Origin: Sulfolobaceae archaeon
GTDB taxonomy: Archaea > Thermoproteota > Thermoprotei_A > Sulfolobales > Sulfolobaceae
DNA: 64,000 nucleotides
NCBI GenBank assembly: GCA_038893355.1
Contig: JAWARQ010000004.1
Location: 122,577 to 186,576, forward strand
Direction of reading: 5' to 3'
Positions 11,054 through 21,948 of this stretch are shown piece after piece. The notes under the pieces are model-generated. The model ran no database searches, had not been told where the DNA came from, and saw only the letters and a program-made list of their open reading frames with translations. Positions within the stretch are counted from its first letter, which is position 1. Each line of letters starts with the position of its first letter. A program made the position numbers and the translations under genes.

Positions 11054-12934
11054 ATGAACGTATATAACTATTCGTTAAATAAAATAAAAACATTGGCAGA
11101 TGAGGCAGTTAAAAATCCTGAAAAATTTTGGTCAGATAAAGTTAGTTATATAGATTGGTTTATAAAACCTAAGAAAATTATTGAAGGTGAATTTCCTAAT
11201 TTTAAGTGGTTTGTAGGTGGTTTTTCTAATTTATCTTATAATGCAGTAGATAGACATTTAGAAAGAAAGAGGAATAAAGTCGCATATTATTGGGTTAATG
11301 AGAGATTTGAGACAAAAACGATTTCTTATAATGATCTATTTTTCGAGGTTAATAGGGCTGCATACGTTTTAAGAGAACTTGGAGTTAAGAAGGGAGATAC
11401 TGTTTCCCTTCTTATGCCAAATATTCCAGAAAGTGTATATTTCGGTCTCGCAGTTCATAGGTTAGGTGCTATATTAGTAATACATTATATAGGTTTAAGT
11501 GAGGAGACTTTAGCTTATAGATTGCAAGATTGTGGATCAAAGGTAATAGTAGTCGTATCAAAGACTTATAGAGGTGGTAACGAGGTAAGGGTCAAGGATA
11601 TAATAGATAATGTAATCTCCAAATATAAAACTCCGATCCAAAAAGTATTAGTCGTAAAGAGAGGATTTGAAGACTTTAATATTAATGGAGAGAGAGATCT
11701 GGTATATGAGGATATTGCACCTAAAGGTAAAGTTTACATTGAGCCAGAGCCCGTTGAATCAAATGATGTAGGAACTATATACTATACTTCTGGAACTACC
11801 GGAAAACCAAAAGGGCTATATCATACTCAACTTGGATATGTAATTGGATTAAATTGGGCATTTAGAGGCCTTTTTGATCCTAAACCAGATGAAGTTTGGT
11901 GGACTCTCTCAGAGTTAGGATGGCCAGTATGGCCAATGGCTAACCTTTATACAATTCCAGTAATGGGACTTACTGGAGTTCTATTTGAGGGGTATATAGG
12001 ATATAGGCGAGAATTATTTTCTAAAATAATTGAGAGATTTTCAGTAAATATACTTTGGAGTTCAACAACTACACTTTATACCCTCAGACAACTTGGAGAA
12101 GAATCAGTAAGAGGTGGTGATACAAGCTCATTAAGAATAATACTGAATACTGGAGAACCACTTAATATAGGCGCATGGAAATGGTTAAGGGAAAATCTTC
12201 CTAGCACAATAATAGCTGATGCGTATTGGAGTACTGAACATTTAATTCCAATTGCTGCCACTCCTTTTGGGATAGGCGAGATTCCATTTAAGCCAGGTTC
12301 TGCTGGAATTGTATTCCCTGGTTCTCAGTTCTTTATTGTAGATGATGATGGAAACCTATTAAGGCCAGGGCAAAAGGGTTACATTGTATTAAAGCCTATT
12401 CATCCCGCATTTGGAAAAATGTGGAATGATCCTGATGGGAAGAGATATTATGAGTCGTATTTCTCTAGATTTCCTGGATATTTCTATACTGGTGACTTCG
12501 GTTACGTAGATGAAGACGGATATATCTTCGTATTAGGTAGGGCAGATGATGTGATAAGAGAGAAGGGCGAAAGAATAGGAACATTAGAAGTAGAAAATGT
12601 TATTGCAACACACCCGTTAGTTGCAGAAGTTGCAGTTATAGGGGTTTCTAAAGAAGGCGTGGGAAAAGTAATTGCGTTTGTAGTACCTAAGGCCGGGATT
12701 ACTGGAGGTGAAATGCTAGAGACCGATATTAAAAACTATGCTAGAAATTCTGGATTTATCGTTGATGAAGTAATTTCTGTGCAAAAATTACCTAAGACTA
12801 AGAGTGGTAAAATTATGAGAAGATTACTTAGAGCTATATTACGTGGCGAACCAATAGGTGATGTTTCCACTCTAGATGATTTAAAGAGTATAGACCTTAT
12901 AAAGGATGCTCTTTCTAGGAAGAAGGTAATATAA
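11054..12934 (+). CDS. AMP-forming acyl-CoA synthetase
   Basis: YTSGTTGKPKG, DAYWSTE, YTGD, GRADD, LPKTKSGKIMRR. Confidence 0.9.
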   Translation: MNVYNYSLNKIKTLADEAVKNPEKFWSDKVSYIDWFIKPKKIIEGEFPNFKWFVGGFSNLSYNAVDRHLERKRNKVAYYWVNERFETKTISYNDLFFEVNRAAYVLRELGVKKGDTVSLLMPNIPESVYFGLAVHRLGAILVIHYIGLSEETLAYRLQDCGSKVIVVVSKTYRGGNEVRVKDIIDNVISKYKTPIQKVLVVKRGFEDFNINGERDLVYEDIAPKGKVYIEPEPVESNDVGTIYYTSGTTGKPKGLYHTQLGYVIGLNWAFRGLFDPKPDEVWWTLSELGWPVWPMANLYTIPVMGLTGVLFEGYIGYRRELFSKIIERFSVNILWSSTTTLYTLRQLGEESVRGGDTSSLRIILNTGEPLNIGAWKWLRENLPSTIIADAYWSTEHLIPIAATPFGIGEIPFKPGSAGIVFPGSQFFIVDDDGNLLRPGQKGYIVLKPIHPAFGKMWNDPDGKRYYESYFSRFPGYFYTGDFGYVDEDGYIFVLGRADDVIREKGERIGTLEVENVIATHPLVAEVAVIGVSKEGVGKVIAFVVPKAGITGGEMLETDIKNYARNSGFIVDEVISVQKLPKTKSGKIMRRLLRAILRGEPIGDVSTLDDLKSIDLIKDALSRKKVI

Positions 12935-12975
12935 TAACTTTTTTTACTCTAAGTATTTCATGTTTTAGATATACT

Positions 12976-14250
12976 GTGTCAAAGGAGGAATTACTGGAAA
13001 TTTTAAAGACAGGTAGGGCGGATTATGTAAGAGTAGAATTTATAGACATTCTTGGAAATGTAAGGGGAAGATCATTAAGAAGGTTAGAATTTGAAAGGAT
13101 TCTAGAGGAGAGAGGAGTTGTTTTTTCAGAATCTTTGTTAATATTAGATTATAAAGAAAGACCAATAGAAAAGGAGTATTATGATATAATAGCACAACCA
13201 GATCCTTCTACTTTTACTTTTATTCCATATCTTGAAAGAACCGGAAGAGTGTACTCATATTTACTATCTTATGATGGCAATCCTCACCCTTTATGCAGTA
13301 GGACTATTTTAAGGAATGCTATTAGTAAATTAGAGGAATTAGGATTATCGTTGCAAGTAGCGTTTGAACCAACATTTTATCTCTTAGACTCGAAGACCTT
13401 AGAACCAGCGGATGAAGCTAGGGCTTTCTCACCTGAGGGTTTATTAGAGCAACAGAATTTGTTAAAGGATATAATAAAGAACATGGAAGGAATGGGAATA
13501 CAAGTTGAGATGATAAATAAGCACTATGGTTATGCACAGTATGAACTAACCTTATCACCCACGCATGCTATAAATGCATCAGATTTTCTAATAGCTTCAA
13601 GAGAGATAATTAGGGATGTTGCCAGGCTTTATGGTAAAATAGCAACATTTATGCCACGTCCATTTAGTGACAAGCCAAGCAGTAGTATGGATATTTACAT
13701 TAAACTATTAGACTTGTCTAAAGGTAAAAATTTAATGATTGACTATAACGAGCAATTAGGCATAAGTAAGATTGCACTTAGATTCATTTCTGGTATAATC
13801 CATCATATTGATTCTCTCATGGCTTTTGCTTCTCCTACAATTAACTCATATAAGAGGCAAAATGATCTATTTTATCCAAACATTGTAGGAGTTGGTAATG
13901 AAAGGCACTTCATTTTTAGGGTTCCCAGTAATTTTAGAGAAAAGGGTCTAATTGAACTAAGAGTAGCTGATCCATTAGCTAACCCTTACTTATTATTAGC
14001 AGGTATAATTTACGCTGGAATTAGAGGAATAAATGAAGGGTTAGAAATCGATGTAAATCAGAAAATAAAGTATCTTCCAACAACACTTAAGGATGCTATA
14101 GATAGTTTAGAAGAAGATGATTATCTAAAGAGAAATCTGGGAAAGGAAATTATTGAAAAGTATATTAAGATTAAGAAGAGAGAAATAGAGGACTATAATA
14201 ATGAAGTTACAGATTGGGAAAGAAAGGCTTATTTAAAATTAGGTTGGTAA
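12976..14250 (+). CDS. Glutamine synthetase-family protein with degenerate active site
   Basis: GS fold (F.DILG..RG, ATFMPRP, NSYKR, ELRVADP.ANPYL); several metal ligands substituted. Confidence 0.82.
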   Translation: MSKEELLEILKTGRADYVRVEFIDILGNVRGRSLRRLEFERILEERGVVFSESLLILDYKERPIEKEYYDIIAQPDPSTFTFIPYLERTGRVYSYLLSYDGNPHPLCSRTILRNAISKLEELGLSLQVAFEPTFYLLDSKTLEPADEARAFSPEGLLEQQNLLKDIIKNMEGMGIQVEMINKHYGYAQYELTLSPTHAINASDFLIASREIIRDVARLYGKIATFMPRPFSDKPSSSMDIYIKLLDLSKGKNLMIDYNEQLGISKIALRFISGIIHHIDSLMAFASPTINSYKRQNDLFYPNIVGVGNERHFIFRVPSNFREKGLIELRVADPLANPYLLLAGIIYAGIRGINEGLEIDVNQKIKYLPTTLKDAIDSLEEDDYLKRNLGKEIIEKYIKIKKREIEDYNNEVTDWERKAYLKLGW

Positions 14251-14251
14251 G

Positions 14252-15265
14252 ATGCTTGCAGCGCTATTAGAAAATTTTAATTCGGATTTGGTTATAAAAG
14301 ATGTAGATTTTCCAATTAGGAAAAATTCTATGGAAAGTATAATAAGGGTTGAAGCAACTGGGTTATGTCATGGTGACTTACATATTATAAAAGGTGATTG
14401 GAATTATTTTATTAAAATAAATTTACCTAAAATACTTGGACATGAGGTGATAGGAAGAATAGTAGAGTCTGATTTTTTTAGTAAGGGTGATCTAGTTGCA
14501 GTATATAATATTTTAGGATGTAACGAATGCAGATACTGTAAAGTTGGAAAACCACAGTATTGTAATACTCCAAAATTTTTAGGTATAGATTTTGATGGCG
14601 GTTTCGCTGAATACATGCTAGTACCAGATAATTCAATGTTATTTAAGGTGGAAGGCGATCCTATAGCCCTAGCTCCATTAGTAGATTCTGGAATTACTGC
14701 ATATAATGCTGTAAAGGATATAGAAGAAAATGCAAGTATATTAATAATAGGAACATCAGCAGTAGCACAAATTGCATTACAAATATTAAAGTATAAGAAC
14801 GTTGGCGAAATTATCGTAGTGGGAAGGAATATGAAAAGATTAGAAATATTTGAGAGATTTGGTGCAGATACTATTATTCCTTTAGAGAATTATGAAAGAC
14901 TTAGTGAAAATCTTTTAAAAGTGTTAGGGAACAAGAAGAAATTCGATTATATACTAGATTTTATAGGTTCTGATAATACTTTGCGCGATATTATTTGGTT
15001 TTTAGCCAAGAATGGAGAATTAAGAATAATAGGCGAATTTGGAGGTAATTTGCAAGTAAACGAGAATTTGTTAGTGTTAAGGGGTTTAAGAATTAAGGGA
15101 ATACTTTATGGAGATAAATCTGACTTTATAAAAGTTTATAAATTATATAAAAATAATATAATAAAAATAATAACTACTAAATATTCATTATATGAAATAA
15201 ATAAGGCAATTAAAGACCTCTATAATGGTAATATAATAACTCGTGCAGTAATAACTCCTCAATAA
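14252..15265 (+). CDS. Zn-dependent alcohol dehydrogenase (MDR family)
   Basis: GLCHGD, LGHE, CNECRYC...C structural Zn site. Confidence 0.9.
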   Translation: MLAALLENFNSDLVIKDVDFPIRKNSMESIIRVEATGLCHGDLHIIKGDWNYFIKINLPKILGHEVIGRIVESDFFSKGDLVAVYNILGCNECRYCKVGKPQYCNTPKFLGIDFDGGFAEYMLVPDNSMLFKVEGDPIALAPLVDSGITAYNAVKDIEENASILIIGTSAVAQIALQILKYKNVGEIIVVGRNMKRLEIFERFGADTIIPLENYERLSENLLKVLGNKKKFDYILDFIGSDNTLRDIIWFLAKNGELRIIGEFGGNLQVNENLLVLRGLRIKGILYGDKSDFIKVYKLYKNNIIKIITTKYSLYEINKAIKDLYNGNIITRAVITPQ

Positions 15266-15288
15266 TAAATATCTGTTTAAGTAAGAAT

Positions 15289-16452
15289 ATGAAAATGAAA
15301 TCATTAATAAAAGCTGGATTGGCACTTAGTAGTTCCTCAATTTTGCATAATGTATATGTGGGAATTGAAGATGGACGAATTAACGTTCTTACCAATGAAT
15401 TACCACAAGATTTTGAGGATGCAGAGTTAATAATAGGAAATTGGGATAGAGTAATTTGTCCAAGTTTTGTAATAATTCATAGTAGTATATTCTTCTTTCC
15501 TTTTAGATTTAGAATATTTAGTGGAAAATTAAATCCTTATGATATACTTTCGATAGCAACTCCTAATGATGCATACTATTTTGCAATTTTAGCTGCATAT
15601 CACCTTTTAAAAACTGGAGTTACGACAGTAGTATTTTCCGATCCTTTCCCTGAAAGCATTGCAAGGGGTATTATGGCCGTAGGAATTAGACCCGTAATTG
15701 CTGTAGGAGTCGGTTGTCCTTTCTCATCAGAAGATTGGGAGAAAGAGTTTTTGAGTTTATATAATAGATGGTCCTCTACATCTCAACCAAGTGTAATATT
15801 AAAACTATGTGATATAACACGCGCAAAAGAAGTATTTGAGTTTTCAAGAAATTATAACATTCCAGTCTTAGTTGATAGTATAGTAGATTTATCAAAGGTA
15901 CCTAGAAATCTGCTAAGTAAAAATATCATAGCACTTGGAGGATGTTCTAGAAGAGATTTAGATATAATAAGACAATTTAACATAAAGTTATCTACAAATC
16001 CTTCAATTGAAATTTGTAATTTTACATTAGGTGCGGAAAGACCATCAATATCATTAGATTTAGTACCATCATATGATGTTAGGAATTTATTAAACATAGC
16101 TACTTCGAGACTACTTTTAACACCAGAAGAGGCATTTAAGTCAGTTACGTTATGGGGCTATGAACAATTAGGGATGAAAGATTTTGGTGAAATTAAAATA
16201 GGGAATGTTGCTGACTTACTTGTATTTTCATATAATGAACCATTATCATTACCAATTGATAGAGATGCACCTTATGAAACCTTAGTTTTCTCTGCGTATA
16301 ATTTAGAGTCTGTATTGGTAAACGGAGAAGCAATACTTGATGGCGGTGTTCCGTTAAATGTGGGTATGAAGGATATAGAGAAAGCAATGGAGAGAGTGAG
16401 TGAAGTTGATAGAAAATATAAAAATTTGGAAAAAAATAGAAATATTAGGTGA
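15289..16452 (+). CDS. Amidohydrolase-family (MTA/SAH deaminase-like) protein, metal ligands apparently lost
   Basis: [21 protein letters not shown] scaffold; IHSS in place of HxH. Confidence 0.72.
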   Translation: MKMKSLIKAGLALSSSSILHNVYVGIEDGRINVLTNELPQDFEDAELIIGNWDRVICPSFVIIHSSIFFFPFRFRIFSGKLNPYDILSIATPNDAYYFAILAAYHLLKTGVTTVVFSDPFPESIARGIMAVGIRPVIAVGVGCPFSSEDWEKEFLSLYNRWSSTSQPSVILKLCDITRAKEVFEFSRNYNIPVLVDSIVDLSKVPRNLLSKNIIALGGCSRRDLDIIRQFNIKLSTNPSIEICNFTLGAERPSISLDLVPSYDVRNLLNIATSRLLLTPEEAFKSVTLWGYEQLGMKDFGEIKIGNVADLLVFSYNEPLSLPIDRDAPYETLVFSAYNLESVLVNGEAILDGGVPLNVGMKDIEKAMERVSEVDRKYKNLEKNRNIR

Positions 16453-17173
16453 TATTGCAGTAATACCCATACCTTTTGAGTATGATGAAAGGATTCTTAA
16501 AAGTTATGCGGACGAGATTCTTAAAAAATACACTTACGTTAAATCTGTTTGGGGTAAGCTTAGAGATACTTCTGGAAAATATAGGCTTTCTACTCTAATT
16601 CATCTTGCAGGTGAGAAAAAGAGTGATACAATATATAAAGAACATGGCTGTAGATATTATCTTGATATAACTAAAGTCTTCTTTTCTACTAAATTATCTT
16701 ATGAGCATTTAAGAGTCGCATCCTTAGTTAGAGAAAATGAAAAAATAATTAATATGTTCGCTGGATTTGGACCTTTTTCAATACTTAGTTGTGTTAAGAA
16801 AAAACCACAAATAGTTTATTCTATAGATATAAATCCTTATGCATATTATTTTCAAAAGGTAAATGTTGAATTAAACAAGGCATACTGCGTTCTTCCAATT
16901 TATGGCGACGCTTTTAAGAGAATTTATGATTTGGAGGATGCTGATAGAATAATTTCCCCATTACCAGAGCTTGCAGATGAAGCATTAGAAGTAGCACTTC
17001 AAAAAGTTAAGAAGGGAGGCATTATACATTTATACGCAGAGATTGAAGTAAAAAAAGGTGAAAATCCTGTAAAAAAGGCTATGGAGAAATATCCTAATGG
17101 TACTTTCTATAGAATTGTTAGAAGTATAAATCCTTCTACTTATCATGTCGTTATAGATATTTTAGTTAAGTAG
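16400..17173 (+). CDS. Trm5/TYW2-family tRNA methyltransferase
   Basis: [34 protein letters not shown]. Confidence 0.88.
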   Translation: MKLIENIKIWKKIEILGDIAVIPIPFEYDERILKSYADEILKKYTYVKSVWGKLRDTSGKYRLSTLIHLAGEKKSDTIYKEHGCRYYLDITKVFFSTKLSYEHLRVASLVRENEKIINMFAGFGPFSILSCVKKKPQIVYSIDINPYAYYFQKVNVELNKAYCVLPIYGDAFKRIYDLEDADRIISPLPELADEALEVALQKVKKGGIIHLYAEIEVKKGENPVKKAMEKYPNGTFYRIVRSINPSTYHVVIDILVK

Positions 17174-17984
17174 CTTCTCTATATATTTTCCTTGCAAGTA
17201 GCACGACCAATGGTATTATTCCTATAGCAAATGCGATAGCTAATCCCCATGCAATTGTATTTATAATACTGGTTACATTACTTAATGGCTGTATTATTAT
17301 TGCAATTCCTATTAATAGAAATATTGTATATAATAGGAATCTTGCATAGCCTATTAAAAATCCGAGATCTGGGTGATTTTTCTGAAGTACAGACATAACT
17401 GTTTCAATAATGGAGAAGGTTGCGAAGAGTACTACGGAGCCAAGAATTATTCCAAAGAAGATATATGGATCAATTACCTTTATCCAGTAGAATATTGCTA
17501 AATTTGCAGCGACAGTGATTATAACGGCATATAGTCCAAATCTTAATATACTAATTATTGTATTATAAAATTCAGAGCTAATTTGTGGTACTGCTTTCTG
17601 CATAAAATCTACTAGAACATTAACTAATGTAATGCCCAATGTTAGTAACAATATTGCACCAGCAAGACTAGGTAAATATGTTGCAATTGCCTGAACATAA
17701 GTAGTAGCTGGACCTAATTGTAATACGGAAAGTGCAATTGCTAATGCTATTAATATTATAAAAGCCTTAACTGTTCCAGCTACAAGATCAATACTTACTT
17801 GCTCATGAACTCTTTGAAAAAATCTACCTAGAAATGATCTTATCGAATATGACACAACGCTTGCTATTGCATATCCTATTAATAATATTATTAAGAACAG
17901 TATTATAGAAGGTATTGCCGCAATTATTTGACTTAGAATATTTTGTAACTCTTGTATTGGACTTACTTGTAGTAAAGTTAACAT
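17166..17984 (-). CDS. Polytopic membrane protein with TM-helix repeats resembling the MscS N-terminal region
   Basis: Repeated hydrophobic units ([29 protein letters not shown]). Confidence 0.6.
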   Translation of the reverse strand: MLTLLQVSPIQELQNILSQIIAAIPSIILFLIILLIGYAIASVVSYSIRSFLGRFFQRVHEQVSIDLVAGTVKAFIILIALAIALSVLQLGPATTYVQAIATYLPSLAGAILLLTLGITLVNVLVDFMQKAVPQISSEFYNTIISILRFGLYAVIITVAANLAIFYWIKVIDPYIFFGIILGSVVLFATFSIIETVMSVLQKNHPDLGFLIGYARFLLYTIFLLIGIAIIIQPLSNVTSIINTIAWGLAIAFAIGIIPLVVLLARKIYREAT

Positions 17985-18088
17985 ACTTTCTATATTTCAA
18001 TATTCCTTATAAAATTATCTATATAGGATTAAGATAACATTAACTACTTTTATAATAGATTTTTTACTGCTCATAAAAAATATATCTC

Positions 18089-18760
18089 ATGCTAGCACTT
18101 GCAACATCTGATATACATTCACCGATATATCTAGATTTATTTATAAAATCGTATATGACGATTCCGAAGAATGATATTAACTTAGTTCTCCTAGCTGGTG
18201 ATCTTACTGATAAGGGGAAATACTGGAATTTCGATCCTATATATGGTCTATTGAAGAAATATAAAGTTGTAGCAGTTTTTGGCAACGAGGATTTTCATGA
18301 TGTAAGGAATAAATATATTCAACGCTATAAGGAGATAATTTGGTTGCAAGATGAGCTTTATGAGGATGTTATTAATGGTGTAAAAATTAGTATTGTAGGT
18401 AGTGATGGTGTTCTAGAGAGACCTACAAAATGGCAGATAGTAAATGGCTTTGATGAAAATTACTATCGTGAAAAATTAAGGAAGATTGAAGAGTTGTTAT
18501 GTAAGTCAAAAGGTGATATAAAAATACTCTTAACTCATTATTCAACAACCTTTGAAACATTAGTTGGAGAGAATAAGAGAATTTATCCAGAGTTAGGTTA
18601 TAAGCTAATAGAAAGTGTTAGTTGTAAGCCAGACATCTCTATTCATGGTCATGCTCATTACTCGAAAAGAACATATTATAAAATAGGTAAGACTAGAGTT
18701 TACAATGTAGCATTACCTGCAAATCAGAGGATTGTAATGGTAAATCTCATGCATTCTTAA
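18089..18760 (+). CDS. Calcineurin-like metallophosphoesterase
   Basis: SDIH, AGDL, GNED, THY, HGHAH. Confidence 0.9.
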   Translation: MLALATSDIHSPIYLDLFIKSYMTIPKNDINLVLLAGDLTDKGKYWNFDPIYGLLKKYKVVAVFGNEDFHDVRNKYIQRYKEIIWLQDELYEDVINGVKISIVGSDGVLERPTKWQIVNGFDENYYREKLRKIEELLCKSKGDIKILLTHYSTTFETLVGENKRIYPELGYKLIESVSCKPDISIHGHAHYSKRTYYKIGKTRVYNVALPANQRIVMVNLMHS

Positions 18761-19697
18761 TTCCTACCTCTTTTATGACTTCTAATATTCTATCACTCAC
18801 ATAATTGAGGAAAGGCCTTTTAATGTTAAGTTTATAAAGCAGTCTGTAAATTAGCGGAACTTTTAGTGGGGCACCAGCAGCCTTCATATGACCACCTCCG
18901 CCTAACTTTACAGCATAACTTCTAATATCATAATTATTACTCCTAAAGGAGACATACTTTCCATTTGCTGAAACAAATATATCAGCTCCGAATTTGCTCA
19001 TTAAGTACTGAGAAGCATAACTAATGTCCGGTCTTCCTTTCCATCTAGCAGCTACTACTATTCTAATATTCTCATATTGTAATATCTTAACGAATTTAGC
19101 TAATTTATTATAGTTTTCTAATTCTTCATCCATTATCTTCTCTAGCTTTACTTCTAGCTCTTTATCCCATAAGATTCCATTGTAAAATTTATTCAAAAGA
19201 TAATTTTTCCACCTTATATCTTTATCTAATTCAATTATTCTTCTTAATTTCTCTCCTAAAGGATCATTATGTAACCACAAATCTACAGAACAATCTGCAG
19301 AAACTAATTTTTTACTTACCATATCCTCCACATTAAATGACTTATATATAACACCAGCTCCACATGTTGTAATATCGTGATGTACTTCAACGCCATTTTC
19401 TTCTAAAACTCTTTTCCACTCTTCTTTCCATATGTGATGGTCATACCATTCAATCTTGAATTTCTTAGATAGTTTTCTTGAAGTTTTTACAATTTTCTCA
19501 AAATTACTTTCATTTATTCCTAGATCTGCAATTACAATTTTCTCAAAATTACTTTCATTTATATTCATTAAAATATTAGGCAAAAAATTCGGTTCTGTAT
19601 ATATTACTTTCTTAGGTAATTGGTTAACAAGCCTAGAGTATACTGCAGCAGACGCAGTTCCGTCAAGGTCATTGTGCACTATCATTAAATAATTCAT
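18747..19697 (-). CDS. DHH/DHHA1 phosphoesterase
   Basis: HNDLDG, ADLG, DHH, GGGH..AAG. Confidence 0.92.
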   Translation of the reverse strand: MNYLMIVHNDLDGTASAAVYSRLVNQLPKKVIYTEPNFLPNILMNINESNFEKIVIADLGINESNFEKIVKTSRKLSKKFKIEWYDHHIWKEEWKRVLEENGVEVHHDITTCGAGVIYKSFNVEDMVSKKLVSADCSVDLWLHNDPLGEKLRRIIELDKDIRWKNYLLNKFYNGILWDKELEVKLEKIMDEELENYNKLAKFVKILQYENIRIVVAARWKGRPDISYASQYLMSKFGADIFVSANGKYVSFRSNNYDIRSYAVKLGGGGHMKAAGAPLKVPLIYRLLYKLNIKRPFLNYVSDRILEVIKEVGIKNA

Positions 19698-19721
19698 AGA
19701 ATTATTTTTACTTCGAAATTA

Positions 19722-20324
19722 CTATTTAAATTTTATTCCATCTGATGTAGTTATTTTACCTCTATATAAGAAAGATACCTGTCTAAGTGTTGCATAATAA
19801 TCAAATTCAGTAATTGCAGAGATTGTATCTTTTGGTAAAACGATATCATACCACCTAATTGCAGCGCTGCCTGCAGTATGTAATACACATATATTAGCTA
19901 CCGTGCCAGTTACGACTACTTTTTGAATATTCTTTACTCTCAATAGATAATCTAAGTTAGATTCAAAGAAGGCATCATATCTATTTTTCCTAACGATATA
20001 ATAATAATCACGTTCTGGCTTTAATTCATCAATTATCTCTGCACCCCAAGTTCCCGCTAGAGCATGCTCTCCCCAAATTTTAAATTCTGGATCATCTTTC
20101 ATATGCCAATCTTGCGTATATATTACTAATGCACCTGCGTCTTTAGCCTTTTGAATTAAATTTTTAATAGGTTGTATTGTATTCTCAGCTCCTGGTACAT
20201 ATAACTTTCCTTCTTTTCTAACGAAGTCATTCTGCATGTCAACTATGATTAATGCAGTCTTATTTGGTTCTAATATAACTTCCTTTTCTTCTGGAATATT
20301 TGGGATTTTAATTAAATCTTTCAT
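19722..20324 (-). CDS. Isochorismatase/nicotinamidase-family cysteine hydrolase
   Basis: IVDMQNDF, QDWH, WGEH, K.RYDAF, TVANICV. Confidence 0.9.
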   Translation of the reverse strand: MKDLIKIPNIPEEKEVILEPNKTALIIVDMQNDFVRKEGKLYVPGAENTIQPIKNLIQKAKDAGALVIYTQDWHMKDDPEFKIWGEHALAGTWGAEIIDELKPERDYYYIVRKNRYDAFFESNLDYLLRVKNIQKVVVTGTVANICVLHTAGSAAIRWYDIVLPKDTISAITEFDYYATLRQVSFLYRGKITTSDGIKFK

Positions 20325-20485
20325 CGAATATGAATTCGTAAAATGAATATATAAATTAAATCCAATATTCTGTTCTTCAGAAGGCGATTCAGGGGTCCTT
20401 TGCGAATTGTAATATTCTTATAGAATTATAGTAATTCTATGAAGAAATAACTCAATATGTGTTAAGATTATGAGAGAAATTAGGT

Positions 20486-20921
20486 TCATAGTAATATTAT
20501 TACAATGATGAGACAATAGTTTAATAGATTATACACAACAGCAATAGCCAACGCGATTTGCAATATCCTATAGCCCGAGTGAAACTTACCAAAACGCCTC
20601 CTCTCAATAAGAGAATTAAAAGACTCCACGAGATTATTACTCCTCAACCACTTCCAAACCTCCTTAGGAGCACTAAGATAACCAAGAATACCAAACTTGT
20701 CATCAACTTGAATCCCGTGCTCAGCTGAGAAAATAATCTCACCAATCACTTTCCTCTCCTCCCTACTCATCCCACGCTTCAAATGAACAATACACATTTG
20801 CCTTATAACACGCATACCGGAAGAGAAATTGCAGAATCCAAAGCCCTAATATCATCAGTAACAACAAGCTTAACATGATATCTCCTCCACAAACGAACAA
20901 GGAACTCCAAATAACTCTAGA
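20486..20921 (-). pseudogene. IS256-family (ISC1250-like) transposase remnant, 5'-truncated and frameshifted
   Basis: Q.C.VHLKR and LRSNNLVESFNS are IS256 motifs; upstream sequence reads YLEFLVRLWRRYHVKLVVTDDIRALDSAISL in another frame, frameshift near 20818; base composition differs from flanks. Confidence 0.75.
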
Positions 20922-21000
20922 TAAAGTAGGGTAAACTCTTCAAGGCTATTACTACTTAGTACATGACTGGATGGTTAATTTTTTATATGTGGGAATATAA

Positions 21001-21264
21001 GTGGAACTTATGAAAAAAGAATATTTACTTAACGTTGACGAGAAAGGGAGGATAGTAATCCCTAAGGAAGTAAGGGAAGAGTTTAATATTACTGGGAAAG
21101 TAAAACTCGTAGTTGAAGACGATAAAGTAGAACTCTTACCTTATGTAAAAAAGAGTTATAGGGGGTTATTTAAAGCCAGCCTTAAGTCAAAGGACATAGA
21201 CGAAATATTGAAGGAGGCTTTGGAAGAGAGGAGTAAGAAGTGGTTAAGAGATATCTTGACGTAA
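21001..21264 (+). CDS. vapB: AbrB/SpoVT-type antitoxin (ATG at 21010 is an alternative start)
   Basis: VDEKGRIVIPKEVRE motif; overlaps PIN gene. Confidence 0.88.
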   Translation: MELMKKEYLLNVDEKGRIVIPKEVREEFNITGKVKLVVEDDKVELLPYVKKSYRGLFKASLKSKDIDEILKEALEERSKKWLRDILT

Positions 21265-21623
21265 ACGTGTTAGTATACTATTTACTTGACGACCCAGAAT
21301 TCGGTAATAGGGCAGAATATTGGATAAACAGTACTGACGAGATCTACACTTCAGAAATTACGTTCTTTCAACTTATCGTACTCCTCAAAAATTTAACGAA
21401 AGAAGATGAAAAGGAGATCTTGGGAAAAATATCAGAAGTATTTGAAGGACTAAACGTCAAGTTCGTACACTTGGAACCTTATGAACTAAAAGAGGTATAT
21501 GAGATAGCCAGTAAGAATAATCTAGATTTTGAAGATGCAATACACTATTATTGTTCACGAAAGATTAACGCTGAAATGATAAGTAATGATTCAGATTTAA
21601 AAAAGTTTGGAGCTAAATTTTAA
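21240..21623 (+). CDS. vapC: PIN-domain toxin
   Basis: YLDVNVLVY, LDFEDAIH, ISNDSD. Confidence 0.88.
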   Translation: MVKRYLDVNVLVYYLLDDPEFGNRAEYWINSTDEIYTSEITFFQLIVLLKNLTKEDEKEILGKISEVFEGLNVKFVHLEPYELKEVYEIASKNNLDFEDAIHYYCSRKINAEMISNDSDLKKFGAKF

Positions 21624-21662
21624 CCCTAAACGCCAGACTCATTTTTAAAGAGTAAAGCTTTA

Positions 21663-21930
21663 ATGAGACTGCAAATTATAGAATACTATTCGAGAAAAGA
21701 GGGAGGACAAAATTAAAGATTGTGATACAATAATTCCCATAATTTTAGAATTATGGCTTAATAATAGCAGTAAGGATAGGAGCACAGTTAAAATTAAGGT
21801 TAAGAAAAAGAACTATTCTGAATTACTCACTTTTGCGGAAATGTTTAAGGATAGGGGAATTAGAATTTTAGATGTTAAAAATGATGAGGAAGATCGTGAA
21901 GTATTAGTAATAACTTTACAGTTTTTATAG
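21663..21930 (+). pseudogene. Frameshifted ~88-aa ORF upstream of cobA (not in ORF track)
   Basis: ATG 21663 gives MRLQIIEYYSRKEGGQN-stop; the +1 frame is open to TAG 21930 (EDKIKDCDTIIPIILELW...DREVLVITLQFL) with normal codon usage; span is 3n+1. Confidence 0.55.
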
Positions 21931-21948
21931 AATAATGAGAGGGAGGAA

